Source of the DNA: Verrucomicrobiaceae bacterium
GTDB taxonomy: Bacteria; Verrucomicrobiota; Verrucomicrobiia; Verrucomicrobiales; Akkermansiaceae
NCBI GenBank assembly: GCA_051252135.1
Contig: JBPOGH010000021.1
Coordinates: 9,906-73,905 of the forward strand
Direction of reading: 5' to 3'
Length of the DNA stretch: 64,000 nt
The position numbers were made by a program, and so were the translations under genes. The first letter of the stretch is position 1. Every line of letters begins with the position of its first letter. The notes under the pieces were generated by a model that had not been told where the DNA came from, did not search any database, and worked only from the letters and a program-made list of their open reading frames with translations. Below are positions 58,418 through 64,000 of the stretch, one piece after another.

Positions 58418-59356
58418 ATGATGAAACCCGACACCCAACCAGACGCCGAAGAAGATTTTTGGGATCTTGGAGACGAAGATCTCGACACCCGGAATGACAC
58501 CCCGAAAAAGGACGACACCCCTTCGGACAAAGCCCCCGGGAAAAAGGCCCCAGTCCCCAACTCTCCCAAGCCTGCGGCCAAAACAGAGCCGGAAGAAGAC
58601 ATCGAAGATTCAATCGATGACGACTCCGCCGAAGAACCCGGGCCCATCGAGGACCCGGTCGAAGCGGAAGCCATCGCCCCCGCTGACGACCTCCCCGCGC
58701 CTGAAACCTCCTCACCGGAGAATCAGGACCAAGCTGCCGGTGACACCGCTTCCGTCATCAAAAATAAATTCAGCGAATCAATCTCGCGCCTCTCACTCGT
58801 CGAAAAAATCTCCCTCTCTTCCGTCATCATCGCCCTGCTCATCGTCGCCGGTTGGGGGCTTTCGACCTACTACGAGCACGCCCCGGAGGGCACCCTCGTC
58901 ACCTTCACCGAGGATTTCCCGGTCGAAGGAACCCACGCCGCCATTGATGAAATCGACACCTACTGGCGCCAACCCATCCGAAAAGGCGAAAATGCCGACC
59001 GCGGAGTCCAACTCAAGGCCCGGCTCATCCCCTGCGCCCGCATCAAACTCTCCGGCACCGGATCCGCCTCACTCTCCATCTCCTTCCAGGACGATGAAAA
59101 AGAACTCGTCGGCGACCCCATTTCCCTCGATGTCGAAAACGGAGTCTTTAAAAAATCCGGCAGCGCCGAGATCGTCATCAACTCCACCGCCGGATTCGAA
59201 AACGCCTCCGCCATCAACGCCTACACCAACGAGGACATCAACCCCTGGTCCCTCATCATCGTCGAGGGCGCCCCGGGCACCAACCCCTCCTATCAGGACA
59301 TCGATCACATCCTCGCCGAAGTCCGCGTATCTCCCATCGTTCAAGAACAAGAATAA
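58418..59356 (+). CDS. Hypothetical bitopic membrane protein with acidic disordered N-terminus
   Basis: Acidic/Pro-rich N-terminus, one TM segment, beta-rich C-terminal domain. Confidence 0.7.
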   Translation: MMKPDTQPDAEEDFWDLGDEDLDTRNDTPKKDDTPSDKAPGKKAPVPNSPKPAAKTEPEEDIEDSIDDDSAEEPGPIEDPVEAEAIAPADDLPAPETSSPENQDQAAGDTASVIKNKFSESISRLSLVEKISLSSVIIALLIVAGWGLSTYYEHAPEGTLVTFTEDFPVEGTHAAIDEIDTYWRQPIRKGENADRGVQLKARLIPCARIKLSGTGSASLSISFQDDEKELVGDPISLDVENGVFKKSGSAEIVINSTAGFENASAINAYTNEDINPWSLIIVEGAPGTNPSYQDIDHILAEVRVSPIVQEQE

Positions 59357-59358
59357 CC

Positions 59359-60189
59359 ATGTCTGAATCACCCGCTCCCCTCGTGCCCAAAGAAGGTTGG
59401 CACGTCATGCATCTCTACTACTCGGTCGACCACAGCCAGTGGGGACTCCTCTCTGACTCCGAAAAACGCGAGGCCAAAACCCGCCTCACCGGACTCGTCC
59501 AGGAAATCCGCTCCACCCCACACACCCAGCTCCTCATCTTCGCCGTCGCCACTCCCAAGGCAGACATCGGCTTCATGCTCCTCACCCCGGACCTGCATGA
59601 CGCCACCGCCTTCGAAAAACAACTCACCCTCTCCCTCGGCGCGGACGTCCTCACCCCCACCTATTCCTACCTCTCCCAGACCGAACGGTCGGAATACACC
59701 ACCACCCGCGAACAATACGGAAAAGATACCCTCGTCGGCGAAGAAGGCCTCACCGAAGGATCCCCCGAATACGAGGAAAAGCTCACCGAGTTCGACACCC
59801 GCATGGAGCACTACCTCAAGCACCGCATGTACCCCGTCCTCCCCGACTGGCCGGCCATCTGCTTCTACCCCATGTCCAAACGCCGCGCCACCAACCCCGA
59901 CTACAACTGGTATTCCCTCGAGCACGACGCCCGCGCCAAGCTCATGAAGGGCCACGCCACCACCGGCCGGAAATACTCCGGTAAAATCCTCCAGCTCATC
60001 ACCGGATCCACCGGCCTCGATGAACACGAATGGGGCGTCACCCTCCTCGCGCACGACACCATCGAAATCAAAAACATCGTCTACGAAATGCGCTTCGATG
60101 AAGTCTCCGCCCGCTACGCCGAGTTCGGCGACTTCTACATCGGCATGCAGCTTCCCCTCGACCAACTCTTCGAGCGCGTCTGCCTCTAA
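59359..60189 (+). CDS. hemQ: Coproheme decarboxylase (chlorite-dismutase-like family)
   Basis: EGWHVMHLYY, KADIGFM, CFYPMSKRR..YNWY.L, LM.GH...GRKY.G...QLITGSTGLD..EWGVTL, YEMRFDEVSARYAEFG.F. Confidence 0.88.
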   Translation: MSESPAPLVPKEGWHVMHLYYSVDHSQWGLLSDSEKREAKTRLTGLVQEIRSTPHTQLLIFAVATPKADIGFMLLTPDLHDATAFEKQLTLSLGADVLTPTYSYLSQTERSEYTTTREQYGKDTLVGEEGLTEGSPEYEEKLTEFDTRMEHYLKHRMYPVLPDWPAICFYPMSKRRATNPDYNWYSLEHDARAKLMKGHATTGRKYSGKILQLITGSTGLDEHEWGVTLLAHDTIEIKNIVYEMRFDEVSARYAEFGDFYIGMQLPLDQLFERVCL

Positions 60190-60200
60190 AAACCAAAACC

Positions 60201-60632
60201 ATGCGCTGGCTCCTCCTCGCCTCCCTCACCCTCCTCGCCTCCTGCTCGAGCTACCACCTCGACTACGAAAAGGCCGCGAAGAACTTCAAGGAAGCCAAGG
60301 ACCCCGCCGGCCCCTGGCAAGGCACCTGGAAGAGCGAAGTCAACGGACACCACGGCCCCCTCTGGTGCCTCGTCTCCCGCGATCCACAAAAACCAAACGA
60401 CTGGAAATTCCGCTACCGCGCCGGCTGGGGCATCCTCAAATTTGGCGACTACACCCACCCCGTCAACGCCCCCCTCAAACCCAACGGCACCCTCCCCCTC
60501 GACGACAAAATGACCCTGCCGAACAACTTCGGCACCTACGCCGTAAAAGGCACCATCACCCCCAAGGACTTCAAAGTCCGCTACCAGGGCAACGGCGACA
60601 AAGGCACCATGACCCTCGCCCGCCCCCAATAA
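60201..60632 (+). CDS. Hypothetical lipoprotein
   Basis: MRWLLLASLTLLASC lipobox. Confidence 0.75.
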   Translation: MRWLLLASLTLLASCSSYHLDYEKAAKNFKEAKDPAGPWQGTWKSEVNGHHGPLWCLVSRDPQKPNDWKFRYRAGWGILKFGDYTHPVNAPLKPNGTLPLDDKMTLPNNFGTYAVKGTITPKDFKVRYQGNGDKGTMTLARPQ

Positions 60633-60641
60633 TTTTCTCTG

Positions 60642-61436
60642 ATGAACAAGCTCGACGAAATCATCGCGTACAAAAAACAGGAGATCGAACCCCTGATCCC
60701 CCTCACCAAAAAACTCCGCGCCTCCGCCCTCATGCGGAATGACTTCGCCGGCTTCCGCACCGCCCTCGATCGCGGCCCCGGCAAACTCGGCGTCATCGCC
60801 GAAGTCAAAAAAGCCTCCCCCTCCGCCGGCGTCATCGACCCCAATTTCGACCCCGTCCGCCAGGCCCAACGCTACATCGATGGCGGCGCCTCCTGCATGT
60901 CCATCCTCACCGACGAAAAATTCTTCCAGGGCCACCTCTCCTACCTCACCCAAATCTCCAAAATCTCGCCCATCCCCCTCCTCCGGAAGGACTTCATGGT
61001 CCACGAGTGCCAAATCTATGAAGCCATCGTCTCCGGCGCCGATGCCATCCTCCTCATCGTCGCCTGTCTCGACGATGACCTCATGAAGCACCTCTACGAG
61101 ACCGCCAAGGACTTCCAGCTCGACGTCCTCGTCGAAGTCCACGACCTCCCCGAAATGGAGCGCGCCCTCGATCTCGGCGCAGACCTCATCGGTATCAACA
61201 ACCGGAACCTCAAGGAATTCACCACCGATCTCACCACCACCGAACGACTCGCCGAAGAGGTCCCCTCTGAAACTCTCCTCGTCTCCGAGTCCGGCCTCAA
61301 ATCCCCCGCCGACGCCCAACAAGTCCTCGACTACGGCGCAAACGCCGTCCTCATCGGCGAAGCCCTCATGCGCGCCGACGATCCCTCCCGCGAGATCGAA
61401 AAATACCTCGCCCTGGAAACCCCCTCCTCGCAGTAA
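60642..61436 (+). CDS. trpC: Indole-3-glycerol phosphate synthase
   Basis: IAEVKKASPSAG, SILTD..FF.G, LRKDF, GADAILLI, GINNRNL, VSESG, LIGEALM. Confidence 0.97.
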   Translation: MNKLDEIIAYKKQEIEPLIPLTKKLRASALMRNDFAGFRTALDRGPGKLGVIAEVKKASPSAGVIDPNFDPVRQAQRYIDGGASCMSILTDEKFFQGHLSYLTQISKISPIPLLRKDFMVHECQIYEAIVSGADAILLIVACLDDDLMKHLYETAKDFQLDVLVEVHDLPEMERALDLGADLIGINNRNLKEFTTDLTTTERLAEEVPSETLLVSESGLKSPADAQQVLDYGANAVLIGEALMRADDPSREIEKYLALETPSSQ

Positions 61437-61587
61437 GGAGTACCAGCACCCGGCCCGCTCCCCCAAAACCAAATCCCACTTCCATGAATGATTCATGGGG
61501 AAGGGTAATTTTACACGTCACCTGGAGCAGGCCCTCTTGATCATTTTTGGGACTCAGGGCTCTTTATCAAAGACGGTTTTTCTCTAA

Positions 61588-61796
61588 GAAAGCGCTGATT
61601 AAAGAGGGAGTGCGCTGCTGCAAGTCATGTTGAAGTCTGGCAAGGCGCGAAGGGCGACGCTGATGATCAGCGGCTCCCTGAGCAACGCCGCCAGAATCCA
61701 AAAGGGCTGCAGCTCCTCTTACCACGGAAGCCAAGCTTCCCTGGCTAAAAAATCTATTAAATATTTCAGCGTGCTTCATCTTGAAGCAGTGTTTCC
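61588..61796. mobile_element. MITE family A, full copy (209 bp) with CTAA target duplication
   Basis: CTAA at 61584-61587 and 61797-61800. The paralogous empty site TTTTTCTCTAACTTCATCC is present at 63601-63619. Confidence 0.93.
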
Positions 61797-61822
61797 CTAA
61801 CTTCATCCACCCCTTAGAAAAT

Positions 61823-62476
61823 ATGAATCACTCCCAATTCACCATCTTTTTTTCTGCCTCCCTCATGACATCAGTAGCTTGTCACGCCGCACTGGTCCTC
61901 GACACCTTCGAACAGTCGGATTTTGAAATTTCATACCCCGGTAATCAAGTCGCATTTCCCTCGATGGTCATATCGGACTTAGTAGAAATGAGACAAGCAT
62001 CGATCAATCCACGAAGAGTAGGGACCGGGACTGCATCAGCACAGGTTAATACAAATCTCAGCCTGTTCACAATGAACATCGACGCTCCGGTAAGACCAAC
62101 ATTCCCAGTAGACATTATTCTCAGCTACAGTGGAGGCGATCCCTATAACCTATTGGGCTATACCGGATTCGAATTCGATATTGTAAACCTATCAGGAGAA
62201 GGAACTCTCGTCACGTCACTTGGATTTAGTGATATAGTCGAAAGCACCTTTCCCCGAACCGTCATCCAAGAGGGCACAATGTTCGTTGCAATGGAAAATG
62301 CTCTCTTCGGTCCCCAATCCTCACTCGCTTCGTTTGATTTCATCGGGTTCGTCTTCGAAGCCCGTACCGAGCAATTCAGCTTCGATCTCGAAGAAATCCG
62401 CATCGTCCCCGAACCTTCAACAGTGGCATGCTCATCCCTTGCCCTGATCATGCTCTTCAAAAGAAGGCGTATCTAA
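61823..62476 (+). CDS. PEP-CTERM protein, copy 1
   Basis: Signal peptide MNHSQF...CHAA; C-terminal VPEPSTVACSSLALIMLFKRRRI; visibly lower GC than neighbours. Confidence 0.9.
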   Translation: MNHSQFTIFFSASLMTSVACHAALVLDTFEQSDFEISYPGNQVAFPSMVISDLVEMRQASINPRRVGTGTASAQVNTNLSLFTMNIDAPVRPTFPVDIILSYSGGDPYNLLGYTGFEFDIVNLSGEGTLVTSLGFSDIVESTFPRTVIQEGTMFVAMENALFGPQSSLASFDFIGFVFEARTEQFSFDLEEIRIVPEPSTVACSSLALIMLFKRRRI

Positions 62477-62705
62477 TTTTATTCTGAATCTCCGATTTTA
62501 CATTCCACTATTTTCTCTGATTCATCACAGATGATCCCCTCATACTCCCCGCAAAAATCTGTGGAACGAATCCACATCCCCCCCAAAAACCCTCTGCTTC
62601 CTCAGTTCACTCTGTGGTCACTCTCCGCCCACAGCGCCTCTGCGGTCCCCTTCCCTCAACCAATCATCCGGTCCAGCCGGGGTTTAAAAAACGCCCCCCA
62701 CCAGA

Positions 62706-63035
62706 ACCAAAAAACTCCGTGCCTCCGCCCTCATGCGGAATGACTTCGGCGGCTTCCGCTCCGCCCTCGATCTCGGCGCAGACCTCATCGGCATCAACAA
62801 CCGGAACCTCAAAGAGTTCACCACCGATCTCACCACCACCGAACGCCTCGCCGAGGAAGTCCCCTCCGAAACCCTCCTCGTCTCCGAGTCCGGCCTCAAA
62901 TCCCCCGCCGACGCCCAACAGGTTCTCGACTACGGAGCCAACGCCGTCCTCATCGGCGAAGCCCTCATGCGCGCCGATGACCCCTCCCGCGAGATCGAAA
63001 AATACCTCGCCCTGGAAACCCCCTCCTCGCAGTAA
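62706..63035 (+). pseudogene. trpC: Duplicated, internally deleted trpC fragment
   Basis: Near-identical to 60705-61436 but missing 402 bp between the two CGCCCTCGATC repeats (60761 and 61163); no 5' end. Confidence 0.92.
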
Positions 63036-63163
63036 GGATTACCAGCACCCGGCCCGCTCCCCCAAAACCAAATCCCACTTCCATGAATGATTCATGGGGA
63101 AGGGTAATTTTACACGGAGTCACATAAAAATACATGTTGTAAAACAACTCGATTTTTTATGTT

Positions 63164-63628
63164 ATGCACCATACGTAAAAAATTTATTTCACTGCCATCT
63201 TTTCTAGTATTACAGCTAAATGGTCAATCGTCAGACAGTGCCATTTTACCTGAGACCGCATCAGCACTGGAACCATTACCTCTCTACCTACAGATGCAAA
63301 AAACATCGTAGGTCTTCATACCATTCATCCCGAAATCACAAATTCAGTTTGTCTGGATCCAATCTGGCTGCCACTTGCTCCCATCAACGAACACCTCTAT
63401 ATTGACGATAGCGAAATCAATCCAGCTCCCAATGATTCACGACAACTCGAGTACGATGGCGTCACCATTCCCTTAAAATCACATATCTTCGTTTCTGCAG
63501 GAACCTACCGTGTGCGAATTTCTTTGGCCGACGTGCTAGTCCCTGGAGCAGGCCCTCTTGATCATTTTTGGGACTCAAGGCTCTTTATCAAAGAGAGCAG
63601 TTTTTCTCTAACTTCATCCACACCTTAG
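63164..63628 (+). pseudogene. Remnant of a secreted protein with a choice-of-anchor-L-like C-terminal region
   Basis: Startless frame ...HLYIDD...QLEYDGVTIPLKS...GTYRVRISLADV...DHFWDSRLFIKESSF* preceded by an out-of-frame signal-peptide-like stretch. Confidence 0.55.
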
Positions 63629-63633
63629 AAAAT

Positions 63634-64000
63634 ATGAATCACTCCCAATTCACCACCTTTGTTTCTGCCTCCCTCATGGCATCAGTAGCTTGTCACGCCG
63701 CACTGATCCTCGACACCTTCGAACAGTCAGATTTTGAAATTTCATCAAGTGGCCAGGAAGTTGCGTTCCCCTCGATAATTATTTCAGATCTAGTTGAGGA
63801 GAGACAAGGGTCAATTATCCCACGAAGAGTAGGAACAGGGACTGCATCAGCACAGGTTGATACAAATCTCAGCCTGTTCACAATGAACATTGACGCTCCG
63901 GTAAGACCAGCATTTCCGGTCGGCATTATTCTCAGCTACAGTGGAGGCGATCCCTATAACCTATTGGGCTATACCGGATTCGAATTCGATATTGTAAACC
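63634..64000 (+). CDS. PEP-CTERM protein paralog, copy 2 (runs off the window)
   Basis: MNHSQFTTFVSASLMASVACHAALILDTFEQSDFEISSSGQEVAFP... is colinear with 61823-62476; its C-terminal sorting signal is not visible. Confidence 0.88.
   Translation, partial: MNHSQFTTFVSASLMASVACHAALILDTFEQSDFEISSSGQEVAFPSIIISDLVEERQGSIIPRRVGTGTASAQVDTNLSLFTMNIDAPVRPAFPVGIILSYSGGDPYNLLGYTGFEFDIVN

Noticed and set aside
241..61496. Many long overlapping Pro/Ser/Arg-rich or Gly/Glu-rich ORFs in the track (e.g. 1038..2564, 24914..26488, 36094..37980, 44175..45806, 52233..53612)
   Set aside because: They are shadow frames of recognisable genes, caused by high GC and strand skew, and have no protein motifs.
62733..63035. 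Functional mini-TrpC of 100 aa
   Set aside because: It lacks 134 internal codons and the N-terminus of the TIM barrel; it is a duplication remnant.
61823..64000. Diversity-generating retroelement TR/VR pair
   Set aside because: Differences between the PEP-CTERM copies are not confined to adenines, the whole gene and flanks are duplicated, and no reverse transcriptase is in the window.

Overview
A GC-rich bacterial chromosome segment, most likely Verrucomicrobiota (inferred from PEP-CTERM proteins, a CotH/lamin-tail protein and the RAYT type). It is mostly housekeeping genes (ribE, hisS, aspS, metF, scpA, nadD, metG, rplI, murI, tilS, ispE, clpX, gnd, folB, hemQ, trpC) interrupted by accessory patches. 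Main result: two genes that the ORF track splits or truncates continue in frame through TGA codons followed by SECIS-like hairpins, so they are candidate selenoproteins. One is a signal-peptide, beta-barrel-like protein with two UGAs in a U-x-x-U motif (4292-5029). The other is a 1137-aa FG-GAP/ASPIC-UnbV/redoxin/TPR protein with U562 and an fdhF-like SECIS 11 nt downstream (40190-43603). The second lies in a surface-protein cluster (38329-51600) in which three proteins share one N-terminal domain and three share a C-terminal motif. Other observations: three ~200-bp MITE families whose insertions can be reconstructed from the sequence, an integron-integrase remnant beside a RAYT transposase, an ECF sigma module with an apparently dead HtrA-like protease, a candidate sRNA, and a tandem duplication of the trpC 3' end with diverging PEP-CTERM genes. 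No selA/B/C/D, rRNA, tRNA or CRISPR array was recognised. All family calls come from motif recognition by eye, with no database searches.
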